From: Torpedo marmorata
Taxonomy: Eukaryota
Assembly: GCA_977017645.1 (NCBI GenBank)
Contig: OZ360223.1
Coordinates: forward strand, 186,248,001 to 186,312,000
Reading direction: 5' to 3'
Length of the DNA: 64,000 nt
Of the stretch, positions 13,696 to 25,320 are shown piece after piece; position 1 is the stretch's first letter; the number at the start of each line of letters is the position of its first letter. Below the pieces are notes generated by a model that did not search any database, was not told where the DNA came from, and was given only the letters and a program-made list of their open reading frames with translations. The translations under genes were made by a program, and so were the position numbers.

Positions 13696-14449
13696 TATTG
13701 CATCTGCACTCTGCCCTGCGATGTGCACTGTCAGAAATCAAAGGTGTGCCAAAGAGCAGGAGATGTATTGACAGTATTGCATACAGAATTGTCATGCACA
13801 GTGAACCATTGATCTGGCTTTGGGCTTCTTTGTAAATGTATACATGATGATTTCAGAAAAATGCATAAGAATACTTGTGCCCAAATTGTGCGCCAGTCAA
13901 ATTAGTTTTGGCAGAGGCAAAGAGCATTCTAAAATGTGGAGAGAGGAATGTTTCCAAAAGACAGATTCGGAGGTTACAATGCCATTGGCATTCCAATAAG
14001 AACCCATATTCTTGTCATTTTATCTTTCTTTTACTCTTGAATGCAACTCTTTTGCCTGCTACCATTAAGCAGTTCACGGCAACCTGCATATTGAAGATTA
14101 CTGCACACTCACCTGCATTTCTACTTGGACAGTTCTACTCCATTTCTTGTGCTTTTTTATGGTTCAGCTGAGATAGTTCTGATGAAGCCCGAGCATGTGT
14201 TTTCTTCAAATCTAGGACATGCTGTCTTCAAATCAGTAAACCACAGCTCCAGAAATTAGGCACAAGGGTTTTGGTGTTTTTGCAAATGTGAAAAGCAGCT
14301 GTGGAACACATACCTGTCTCATTACATGATGAGTAATTGCTTCAGAAATCCATTGAAGGGATTATTTCATTGAATATAAAATGATTTCAACAGGAAACCT
14401 GATGGATTCTTGTGAAGACACCTAGATTTTAAATTTCTTTATTAATTAA

Positions 14450-14550
14450 ATTTTAAATTTAGACATACAGCACTGTAACAGGCCATTTCGGCCCTATGAG
14501 TTCGTGCCGCCCAATTTACACCCCATTAACCTACACCCCCGGTACTTTCC
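14450..14550 (-). mobile_element. HE1-type V-SINE 3' fragment
   Basis: Reverse complement of the 3016-3132 sequence, with a CR1-derived tail (tacagcactgtaacaggcc). Confidence 0.82.
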
Positions 14551-14824
14551 AAAATAACATTTTAAAAAAGTTTTGTTCCTATTTTCATTCAGTTGAGTGA
14601 CTGAGATAAGTCAATGTAAACTTTGTAATCTATTTTATAATTGGCTATAGGGTCTCTCAGCAGAATAATGATGACACCTTTTGCTCCTCACCCAATATTG
14701 CAAGGTTTGACTGACTGTTATGAACTCTTATAGATGAGATAAGATTTGTTTGTTTAAAGCAGATTATAAAATCGATTTCCCCACTCCCCACCTCTCAGAA
14801 GTGCAATCTGCCACTGTTGTGCAT

Positions 14825-14841
14825 TGCTCCATCTAGCGGAC
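14825..14841 (-). promoter_or_regulatory. Candidate CTCF site
   Basis: Minus strand GTCCGCTAGATGGAGCA fits the CCASYAGRKGGCRS-like core; lies in unique sequence with a retained CpG. Confidence 0.5.
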
Positions 14842-16009
14842 TGACAAAGAACTGAACAAGCTCACCAATTTTTTTGTTCAATAAGCCACCTTGGCATTTG
14901 AAATTACTGTATTGTCATCTGGTTGAGCAGTAAACAAAAAGATTCATTTTTTTCTTCATGTTCTGGCAACTGTCCACTGTCTCCTATTTATCCAGGAAGA
15001 GATGAAAAGCATGCAAAGACTGTGATTATGGTGGCTCTGAATTTGAAAAGTTGAGTTTCTGAAGAAATTATTTCATTTCTTTTACTGTTAGCCGTTGTCA
15101 CAATTTCATTTACTGTTATGTGGCAGATTGTATCAGTTTAGTGAAACTGTTAATAATGACAATTTTAATTTTCTTTAAATTTGAACTGTTTGTCAAATTA
15201 ATCTAAATGGTAAAAGGTAAAATGGAAAGGCCTTTTGAAAATTAAACAATATTAAATTGAACTGCACATTTATATTGGAGGCAATCTCATGTTGTCTGAG
15301 TAGACCTTTGCTCCCCACAGATGGTTCCTGCATGCATAATGACACTGACACTGAGAGGCTCTCAATGTTTCCTAATTTCCCACATGGTCCATAAATGACC
15401 ACTATAATCAGTTGAAGTTAACATGGAGAACATGGAATGTTACACAGGATCCAGAGGCTGGAAAAGGCCATTGTGGAATGGATTTCTTTCCTCAGCATGT
15501 GTTCATTGTTTATTATCTGGCATATCCTTTTCAATGACAGTGATTTATTGTTGATATTTGTCTGGATAATGCAAAAGACTGTCTTCTGCTGGACTGAGGC
15601 ACTATCTTCAAGCAAACTTCTTATTCCTAAACTATGAAAGTTTCTGTTGTGTGGCAAAACCACATTAAATGCATTCTTCAAATGCAGGCTCTGATAACTC
15701 AGTCAAAAACTAATATTGCAAGTGAGTTTAGTGTTGACTTGAAGAGCTGAATTTCACTGAAAGACAACCATGAATACTTTGCAGAGAAAATTGCAGGCTG
15801 CTATGCAATAATTGGCAGGCGCCTTTCACCACCTGTAAGTTATCTCACCTGTTGTTTTCTCATTCCCCATATATCTCAGTTGAAACCAAATAAAAGTATG
15901 GTTTCTGCCATTCTTGCCCTGTTCTTTCCTACAGAGATCACTAGCATAATTTAAAAAATATATATTATATATTAATTTCTGGGCGGGGATCTGGCCTTGA
16001 TGCAAGACC

Positions 16010-19000
16010 CAGATTAATTTCCCATCCCTAAATGTCTTTGAGAAAATGGTGGTGACCAAAATTGAACTGCTGCAATCCTTCTGGTGAAGATACCAAACAG
16101 TGCTGTAGAGAGAGGAGTTCCAGCATTTAGATCCAGCAATGATGTAGTTACTGCAATACCTTGCAAACAATATGGTGCGACTTTGGATGGGAACCCCTTA
16201 CTAGTGGTGGTGTTCCAATGCATCCACTGCACTTGTCTTGTGGAATGTTGCAAGTTTGAGAGGTATTGGGGAGAGTAGCCTAATAAGTAGATGAAACACA
16301 CTGCAGCCACTGTGCACCAGTAGTTGAGGGGATACGTGTTTAGCCTGATGGACAGGGTGTTAATCAAGTGAACTGCTTGTTTGGATGTTGTCACACATCT
16401 TGAGTGTCGTTTGAGCAGGCAAGTGAAGAGCATTCCATAACAGATCTAACTTGTGCCTTGTCAGGATTTGAGTCATTCACTGGCAGATATATAGTGTCTG
16501 GCCTGCCCTTGTAGCCACAGTATTTATGTGGTGGGTCTAGTTCAGTTTCTGGTTCAATGGTGATCCCAGGATGTTGATTGTCATTGAGTTGTAGAGCCAT
16601 ATAGCATGGAAACAGGCCTTTTAGACGAGTTCACCCATGCTGACCAAGTTGTCTGCCAGAGCTAGCCCCATTTGCATGCATATGACTTGTATCCCTCTAA
16701 TGCTTTCCTGTTCATGTATCTTACTAAATGTCTTTCAAAAATTTTAATTGTGTCTATATCTACCGCTTCCTCTGGCAGCTTGTTCCATATACCCACAATC
16801 CTCTGTGTGTGTGTAAAAAAAAATGTTGCTCCTTAGGTCCCTTTTAAATCTTTCCTCTCTGATCTTAAATCTATGACCTCTAGTTTTAAGCTCCCCTCGC
16901 CTGGGAAGAAAACTGTGACCATTCACCTTATCTATGCCTCTCATGATTTTATTCACCTCTATTAGGTCATCCCTCAGCCTCTTGCAATCCAGGGAAAACA
17001 GTCTCAGCCTATCCACTCTCTCCTTATAACTCAAGCCTTCCTGGTACCATCTTTGTGAATCTTTTTGGCACCCTTTCCAGCTTAGTGACATCCTTCCTAC
17101 AGCTGGGTGACCAGAACAGTACACAATACTCCAAGTGTGGTCTCACAGTTGTAACATGACACCCTGACTCCTGTACTCAATGCCCTCACTGACGAAGTGT
17201 GCCAAATGCCATCTTCAACACGATGTCAACCCGTGTTGTCACTTTCAGGCAACTATGTTCCTGTTACTCTAATTCTCTTTGTTCTACAATATCCTGCCAT
17301 TTTAATTCCATCTACCATTCTTTGGCCACTTCCATAGTTGATCGAGATCCTGTTGTACATTCAGATAACCTTCTTCGCTATCCCCTATACCACTAATTTT
17401 GGTGTCATCTGAAAACTTACTAACCATGTTAACTTCATTGTCATCCAAATTGTTAATATACCCGGTAGATGACAAACAGACGTGGACCCAGTATGATTTA
17501 CTGCTGAATACCACTGGTCACATGACCCCAATGTGGAAAAGCAACCCTGCACTACCACGCTCTGCTTCCTACCATCAAGCCAATTTTTGTATCCATTTGG
17601 CCAGCTCACCCGGATGGCATGTGATGTAATATTCTGGACTGGCCTACTATGCAGGATCCTGTCAAAGTTCTTGCTAAAGTCCATTGTGGGCACTCCATCA
17701 TTGTAATGTCCAAGGTAGGTGACTGGACTTGCTCTCGTTGGAGAGAGTCTTTACTGGGCACTTTTGTGCTGCACATGTTTCTTTCCACATCAATTCATGC
17801 CTGAATGTTATTAGGTTGAGAGTGGAACGGAAAACTTTGCAATCATCAACAAGCATCCTCACTTCTGACCATGATATGACATGAACCAGCTAACTAGGAC
17901 TCTGTCCTGAGGAGCTCCTGCACCAATATCCCAGGGCTGCGATGATTGACCTCCAACCACCATTAGCATCTTCCTTTGCTTTGTGATTCTGCAATTGGTT
18001 AAATGCTGCCGTGATGTCGAGGGCAATCCTTCTCACTTTACCTGGAAATCGAGCGGTGTTCAGATCAAAGCTACGATGAGATCTAGCGTTATGTGTTCCT
18101 GTTGAAATCCAAACTAGGCATCAATGTGCAAATTGTTGGTGACCAAGTGCCATGCGATGAAACAAAGTGATGAAACAATCCATCACTTTGCTGAGGATTG
18201 AGAGTAGACTGATGGTGCATTAATTAGCTGCATTAAATTTGTTCTGCTTTTTGTGAGCTGGACATATTTAGAGCAATTTTTCACTTGGTTGAGTAGGCAC
18301 CAATATTGTAACTGTACTAGAACAGCTTGGGTAGAGGCAGACTGAATCTGGAGCACAGGTCTTCAGTGCATCAGCTGATATGGTGTTTGGTCCCATAGCC
18401 CTGCTCTATCCAGGGCTCAATTATTTCTTGGTACAAAATCAGGTGAATCGACTTGACTGTTTTTTTTTAATATAGTGTGGATGTCAGGAGGAAGCTGATA
18501 TGGATCTTCTAATTGGCTCGTTTGCTGGAACATGCTTGCAAATGCTTCAGACTTATTTTAAGCACTTGCATGCTGGTCCCTTCCATTGTTGAAGATGGAA
18601 TATTGTTGGTGCCTCCTCCTACTGTTAGCTGTTTAATTGTCCATCCTTGTTCATAGCTAGAATTAGTAGGACTGCAGGGATTCAAACTGATCTAATTGGT
18701 GTGAGATTGCTTTGTTCTTTTGTTTGGACCATGTAGACCTTTACTGCAGGATTCACTTAGCTGACACCTCTCTGTGTTCAGATGCGACTAGCATTCCCTA
18801 CTACATTCTTCTGTCAACCAAGGCGGAGTGAGGAATGTGTTGGGCCTTGAGGTTACAGATTGTAGTGTTTTGCATTTCTGCTGCTGTTGATGATGCACAG
18901 TGCCTCATGGATGCCCATTTTTATACTGACAGATGCGCTCCAAGTGTAGTTCATTCGGGATGATTGTAGTGCTCATGTTGGTCAATTTAACCAGTGCTCC

Positions 19001-19440
19001 CATGAATAGATGTACCTGTCTTAGGCAGGTTGGTGAGGACAAGGTCAAGTAGATGAATCCCTCATGTTGTTTCATTCACTACCCACCACCAACCTGCTCT
19101 AGCAGCCATGTCCTGAATGACTAAGCCAACTTGGTCATTACAGGCATTACCAAGCCTCTCTTATTGATGGACATATGATCTGATGCTATGAGATATCATG
19201 TGGTTTGAAATATACTGTGACCATTCCCCCCTCTCCCATACCCCATTCATCTATAAAGCACTGTGCTGCCCTTTTAATTGCATTTGTCTTGCTAACAATA
19301 GGATGTAACCAAGGATTGTGATGGGGGTATGGGGAACACTGTGAGGTATAATTCAGTGAATAAAATGATGTTGCTTGGCTAATCTGCCAGTTTGAACTGG
19401 GTGCTGTTTGCCGAGTCCAAGTTCAATGTTTGGGTCAGCG
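16010..19440 (-). mobile_element. Old CR1/L2-group LINE (family A), split by a CR1 insertion
   Basis: 3' end at ~16010-16590, continuing from ~17695 with degenerate RT motifs (ALDI.AAF at ~18000-18030; PQ..VL at ~17890-17920). Confidence 0.78.
16598..17695 (-). mobile_element. CR1 (HER1-like) LINE nested in family A
   Basis: [46 protein letters not shown]; internal deletion; CR1 tail at 16598. Confidence 0.9.
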
Positions 19441-20284
19441 TCAACCATTCAGTCCATTTTATTCTTTCCCACATCATCAAGTCAAATTAAACAGATGTCT
19501 TGAGTCTATATATACCAGATCATGCAAGGATGTGCAGATTCCTTCCCCAGACAGTTAGGCAAATGCATTTTTATGACAATCCATTTGCTTCAATGGTCAT
19601 CAGTACTAAGGCTAGTGGGAGCAAGTAGCTAAGGAAATAAATAAAGGAGTCAAACCCTGAAGACTGGAATAATGTGAGACGTCAAAGGCAAGATGTGACA
19701 TTCAAAAGTGACATTTCCTGCCAGCTCCACAACCAACCTCAAACACTTCTTAAATCAATGCACCTTATATCATTTACATTTAGTTAATTATACTCTCAAG
19801 GTCCCTGCATCCCACAATTTTAATGTTGCTGCAAGCTTCAGAACCTTGCATCATATCTTTCCACACACAGCCATGCTATTCATCCTTGAGAGCCACGTTA
19901 CCTGAATAGATTCCTCTTTCCTTTCTCTTCCACACAAAGTGGAACACAATCATACACTGCAGGAATAACTGGAGGAGGCACATCTGCAAGATGTAACTTC
20001 CATGTTTGAGAGGATGTTGGCCTTTATTGAGACAGCTGTTGCTGAGGTCATGGTGATTGGCCATTGTAGTATGATATTCTCATACCTAACCCACAGCCTC
20101 ATATTTTTCATATCCCACCTTCATTGTCCCCCACCCTTTCTTCCTGTAAACGGGAATGAAATGTCTCACTTATTTTGAACAATAAAAAGCTCCACGAGCT
20201 TATTTCCCCAGCAGTGGAGAGAAAACCGTAGAACAGTGAATCACTCCAACTTGACCCTAAAAAGAGCAATGAAGATTGTTCCTA

Positions 20285-20520
20285 CATACACTCTGATAAC
20301 CTTGGGCATTAGCATTCTTGCCCTGCTCTCAGATTACATTGGTAGCTGCAGCAGGTCTCAGATTGAGACGATATCCTTTTAAAGTTTGTGTGATCTTCAC
20401 ATGCGGTAATACTTGTTGAAATTCAGCTCCGAGATTTAGTCCCTGAACATCCTGTGCAGATATGGCTTCCAACTGAGAGGTATTTCCTCCCATCTCTTGC
20501 TTTCTCTTCCATCAATTGTC
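20285..20520 (-). mobile_element. Harbinger transposase N-terminal fossil
   Basis: Minus strand PYLHRMFRD..SELN ... DLLQLP..ESRARMLMPKVIRV resembles the HARBI1-type N-terminus also seen at 6200-6400. Confidence 0.5.
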
Positions 20521-21174
20521 AGACTCACTGCGTCCTCTTGTTTGTTCTGCAAGCTAATTTAGGGTGCAGAGGAAGAAGGAGCAGAGAGAAGCTGAGTATA
20601 CAGATCTGTCAAAAATGGTTTAAAATGTAAAATTTAATCTGTTATTTTGCTTTTCAATGCTCTTGCAAGCTCTTTAATCTCTCAAATTACCCTTTATTAC
20701 TGGGAACCAATATTATTGCAAAATAATCTTAGTTAATATTTTGCACTGGATATTTTTCACTGATTATTGCACAAATATCTTATGGAATTAAAACTTAATT
20801 TTAAATATAGTGTGCATTATTCTGAAGGTGAGTGGTTAACGCACCAATCAGTTTTTCTTCATAGTTACATGACAGAATTCTTGTGACATCGGCAGGCAAA
20901 GTAGGACATAAGGAGAGCTGAAGAATCATATGGAATGTTGCTTGAGACAGTTGAAAACTTTATAGAAAAAGTGCAATGAATGAGGGAAGTGAAGGAAAAC
21001 AATGATATTCTATAAGAAATATTATGCACTCAGTATGAAGTCACTTTTATTTAAAATTGGATAGATTGTGGGAATCATATGAAGCTCATTGAAGTCATGA
21101 ATTTTGCATTTAATAAACTTTGGTAATTTGGAAGAGAAATCTTTGCTTTGTCTCTTGAGGGGGAAAAATTTGGT

Positions 21175-22830
21175 TAAGAACATAAGAAATAGGGGCAAGA
21201 GTAGGCCATCCGGCCCGTCGAGCCTGCTCTGCCATTCAATGAGATCATGGGTTTTTTTTTTGGTTTTTAAAAAAAAATATTTTATTTAAAATTTTAAATC
21301 ACACGATAATACATGTTTATAAAATACAAAATTAACAAAATACATGTGATATACTTTCACCCTCCCCTCCCTCCCTTCCCCCTCCCTAACCCACCCACCC
21401 CCTCTACTCTACTAAAAAAAGAAAGAAAATAAAGAAAAAAGAATAGAGTGTGGAGAATGTCATTCTAAAAGAAACAACTATAAATTAATTTTATTGTGGA
21501 ACACAGGTTCGCCAGTCAGACCCGATATCAAGAGATCTTCAAATCCTTAAACCCATAGTTTTTGTATATGGGCTCCATACCTTCAAAAAGAAATGATATT
21601 TATTACGTAAATTATAGGTAATTTTTTCTACATCAGATTTCCATGTAATAGCAATGCATTTCTTTGAAACAGCTAAAGCAATTCGCAAAAATTCTATTTG
21701 GTACATATTTAATCTCATTATATTACTAATTCTTTTAATATCTCCAAACAAAAATATCCTAGGATCCATTGGGAGTGTAATTCTTAATACTTTATCTAAA
21801 AACTTTTTAACTTTCAACCAAAAATCATATATCTTTGGACAAAACCACGTAGAATATACAAAAGAACCTTCCTCTTTATTACATCTAAAACATAAACCTG
21901 ATAATGTCGGATTAAATTTTTTTAGTTTCTTAGGAGTTAAATATAACTGATGCAAAAAATTATATTGCACTAACCTATATCTAACGTTAATAATCTTCGT
22001 CATACTTTGTTTACATATTTCTTTCTAATGTTCCTCATCTATTGTTACATTCAGATCTAATTCCCATTTTAATCTTGATTTATGAATTCCTGGTTTAGGC
22101 ATTTTTTTCTGTAACAATCTATACTTTTGAGAAATAAATTTATTTATACCCCCATTAATAACTAGTAACTCCAATTCACTTTGTCTTGGTAAGATTAAAC
22201 TATGCCCTAACTTTTCAACCAAAAATGCTCTTATTTGATAATAAGCAAAGAGTGTATTATTTAATACATTAAACTTCTCTTTCATTCTTTGAAAAGTGAT
22301 AAATTTACCAGCTTCAAAACAGTCATTTACTTTTTTAATCCCTTTTTGAAACCAAATTTTAAACAATTGATTATCAATAGTAAATGGGATAAGTTTATTT
22401 TGATATAAAGGCATGTTACAAGAAATTAACCCTTTCCCTCCTATCTCCTTATCCAGTTTATTCCATATTTCTAACAAATGCCTTAAAATAGGGGAGTCCT
22501 TACCTCCTCTTAATAATAATTTAGAATCCCATTTATAAATAACCTGATGATAGGCTCGTCTTTACCTACCTGCCTTTTCCCTTTGTAAAAATCTATCCAA
22601 CCTTGCCTGAAGTATATTCACTGAGGTAGCCTCCACTGCTTCAATGGGCAGCGAATTCCATAGATTCACCACCCTCTGGGAAAAGCAGTTCCTCCTCATC
22701 TCCGTCCTAAATCTACTACCCTGGATCTTGAGGCTGTGTCCCCTAGTTCTAGTCTCCCCCACCATTGGGAACAACTTACCTACCTCTATCTCATCTCTGC
22801 CTTTCATAAGGATATGTAAATTTCCAAACC
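21175..22830 (-). mobile_element. CR1 3' end (21175-21250 and 22544-22830) split by an L1
   Basis: Tail aagaacataagaaatagg; coding GKLFPMVGETRTRGHSLKI..RRNCFSQRVVNLWNSLP. Confidence 0.9.
21251..22543 (-). mobile_element. 5'-truncated L1, second subfamily
   Basis: ORFs 22025-22477 and 21539-22003 are homologous to the 470-aa ORF at 10157 and also end in MGLRI; poly(T) at ~21252; internal deletion. Confidence 0.95.
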
Positions 22831-23977
22831 TGCGTAGCATGAAGAAAATATGGGGAATACAAAGCCAATAGCATTGAGAACTTTGAAAATTAATCAAACA
22901 ATTGCATGTAATTTGGCAGGATTTTAGAGATTTCTATTTTTAAATCATTACATGAGACAGTATTTTCGCAAGCTTGGTCCAGATGTGATAGAGAAATCTC
23001 ATAATTATGTCAGTCAGCCAAAAATGCATTGTAATAAATTATGTACAACAGGGATTATTTAATATGATAATTTTAAAAAATTGTATCTACAGTTATGTAG
23101 GCTTTAAGCTATGGGATAAGTGTTAAATGCAATTTGTTCTGAAAGGAATAATCTCTGTATAATCACTTGATCATTTTGTGTATTTATCTTTGGGGGCTAT
23201 TTAAAATAAATTATGACAATTTTTGAATGTTCACTTTTTTTTAGCTGTTCTGCTCAACTAGATTGTCCAGTGAATAGCCATCTAAAAGACCATCTAAAGC
23301 ATCTGTGAATGTTCTTGTGCACTGTGCTTAGCCCTTTCACATAGCAGCTTAATCACTGATCTATAAACCTAATTTAAAAATTCAGATCATAAAGTTAAGC
23401 TCTTAATACTCTCTTTTCACTTTCTTGATTTTTCCCCCAAGTCTGTGATTATGTTTTTGCTTTGTTTTCAGAATATCCTGCAGTAATTCAAGTTTCATAC
23501 TTTAAAAAATGAAGGAATGCTTGTAATGATGATACAATGTCTGTAAATATATTCTTAACCCTAATGCTGCACTACCTACATTGACTCTTCATCCAATGAA
23601 CATCACTTCAAATTTCTTTCTTGATTATTGATGCTGTGACAGGTTGGTTGCTCCTCCCAAGTGTATACCTCTGCCAAGAGTATACCAGTAAGAACGTAGT
23701 ATATTTTTTTATGTTTTGAAGAGTGCTACTCCTAACCTTATTAAGTTGCACCAATTTTTTATATGTAATGAACTTCCAAACATCATTGCATTTTATGTTT
23801 CTGTATTTGCAGCTAAGGCTGACAATCATTAGAATGTTTCACACCGATGAAGGATATGCAACAGATTAGAGCTGTCCCCTATCCAAAGTCATCATAACAT
23901 TTTGTGGATTTTGTCCTCTTGTCTTTCTGTCTGAGAGGGTTATTGCAAATGAAGATGCACCATTAAGGGGTATCCCC

Positions 23978-24055
23978 TGACACTGCACCCAAGTGCTCTG
24001 TCCCCTATGGTGGGGGAGACTAGAACTAGGGGACACAGCCTTGGGTGCAGTATCA
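23978..24055. repeat. 78-nt inverted repeat/hairpin
   Basis: TGACACTGCACCCAAGTGCTCTGTCCCCTA pairs with TAGGGGACACAGCCTTGGGTGCAGTATCA (3 differences), 19-nt loop. Confidence 0.9.
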
Positions 24056-24239
24056 TTCTATTGCTATAAAACTGTACAGCAAGTTGCCTGTTTTTGAACT
24101 GTCATAACTGATCTGAGTTCTCTCCTGATGTCCACACGGATTTCTGGTTAGTTATCAATAATTGGGGCTGACGTAGCTGTTTTCCAATGATTAATGAAGC
24201 ACAATTACGAGGTGTTTTCTGTCTCCAATGGCAAATCTG

Positions 24240-25114
24240 ATGAAAATGATGGTGCGGCTGAAACCACAGAGGTCTGTGCCCAAGATGGTCGTGCCCAAGC
24301 TCGGCAGAGGACCATGAGGAGCTGTGGTCTGGTGCTGGGCATCAGAGTTGGAGAACAACCTCTTGCTGAGAAAGGTGAAGCCTGGGAGACGGCCCTACAG
24401 GGAAAGCGACCACGGCAGCAGACCAGAGTAGGAGCCTGGTGGCTGAAGGACTCACACCAGGCTGTGGACTGCTGAAGAACCCACACAAACTGTGGGCTGC
24501 TGGAGACTGGCAGCTGAAGAACTCACACCAGGCTGTGGTCTGCAGTACCCACAGCAGGCTATAGGCTGCAGGAGACTAGAGACTGAAGGACCCACACCAG
24601 GCTTTCAGCTGCTGGAGACTGAAGGACTCACACAAGCTGTGGGCTGCTGGAGACTGGCCGCTCAAGAACTCACACCAGGCTGTGGTCTGAAGTACCCACA
24701 GCAGGCTATAGGCTGCAGGAGACTGGAGACTGAAGGACCCACACCAGGCTTTCAGCTGCTGGAGACTGAAGGACTCACACAGGTTGTGACTGGCTCATGG
24801 GAATCAGGCATTGGGATCAAGATTCGTGAGGGTACTAATGGCAAGAAGGGCTCCCAAATGGCTTCAGGTGCTGAAAGCTTCCTCTTTGTATTGGAGGTTC
24901 CAATCTGGGAGTGTGGGTTTGCCAATGGATCGAACAGGAGGTGCGACTGCAGAGGATGGGGGAGGAGAATTCTCTGAAGGGGCTCTCTTTTGATTCTCTT
25001 TCTCCTATTGGTGGGGGCGCTGAGCAATGCCAGTGGCACCTCTTTGTGTTCCTTGACGGCAGGCAAAAGTTGACAAATTTTGTGCATTATATGACAATAA
25101 AGGAATCTTGAATC
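24240..25114 (+). mobile_element. GC-rich non-autonomous retroelement with Rex1-type tail, copy 1 (147-bp x2 internal repeat at 24491-24784)
   Basis: Blocks shared with 61170-61953; ends ATGACAATAAAGGAATCTTGAATC; 5' boundary uncertain. Confidence 0.78.
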
Positions 25115-25234
25115 AATATGATGCACCATGCAGCCTATTTGTCCATCCATCTATTTTGAGGATATTTGAAAGTGTTACCCTTTTTAACAAAAATCTACTA
25201 AAATTGTTACTGAAAAGAATGAAAAGTATAGTCA

Positions 25235-25320
25235 GTGGGACTAGGCAAAAAATAGTTTGGCACAGTCTAGAAGGGCCAAAGGGCCTGTTTCTGTTCTGTT
25301 ATATTCTATGGTTCTATATT
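25235..25320 (+). mobile_element. CR1 3' tail
   Basis: gggccaaagggcctgtttctgttctgttatattctatggttcta. Confidence 0.75.

Noticed and set aside
15811-15826. NFI autoregulatory site (TTGGCAGGCGCC)
   Set aside because: Spacing is N4, not the TTGGC-N5-GCCAA palindrome; no full site noticed.
23440-23490. Strong acceptor-like tttgttttcAG
   Set aside because: No NFIA-like peptide or convincing donor follows.
24440-24790. CRISPR-like array, or hammerhead cores (CTGAAGA) in the repeat
   Set aside because: Tandem units without unique spacers, eukaryotic context, no cas genes; no stem II-GAAA follows the CTGAAGA words.
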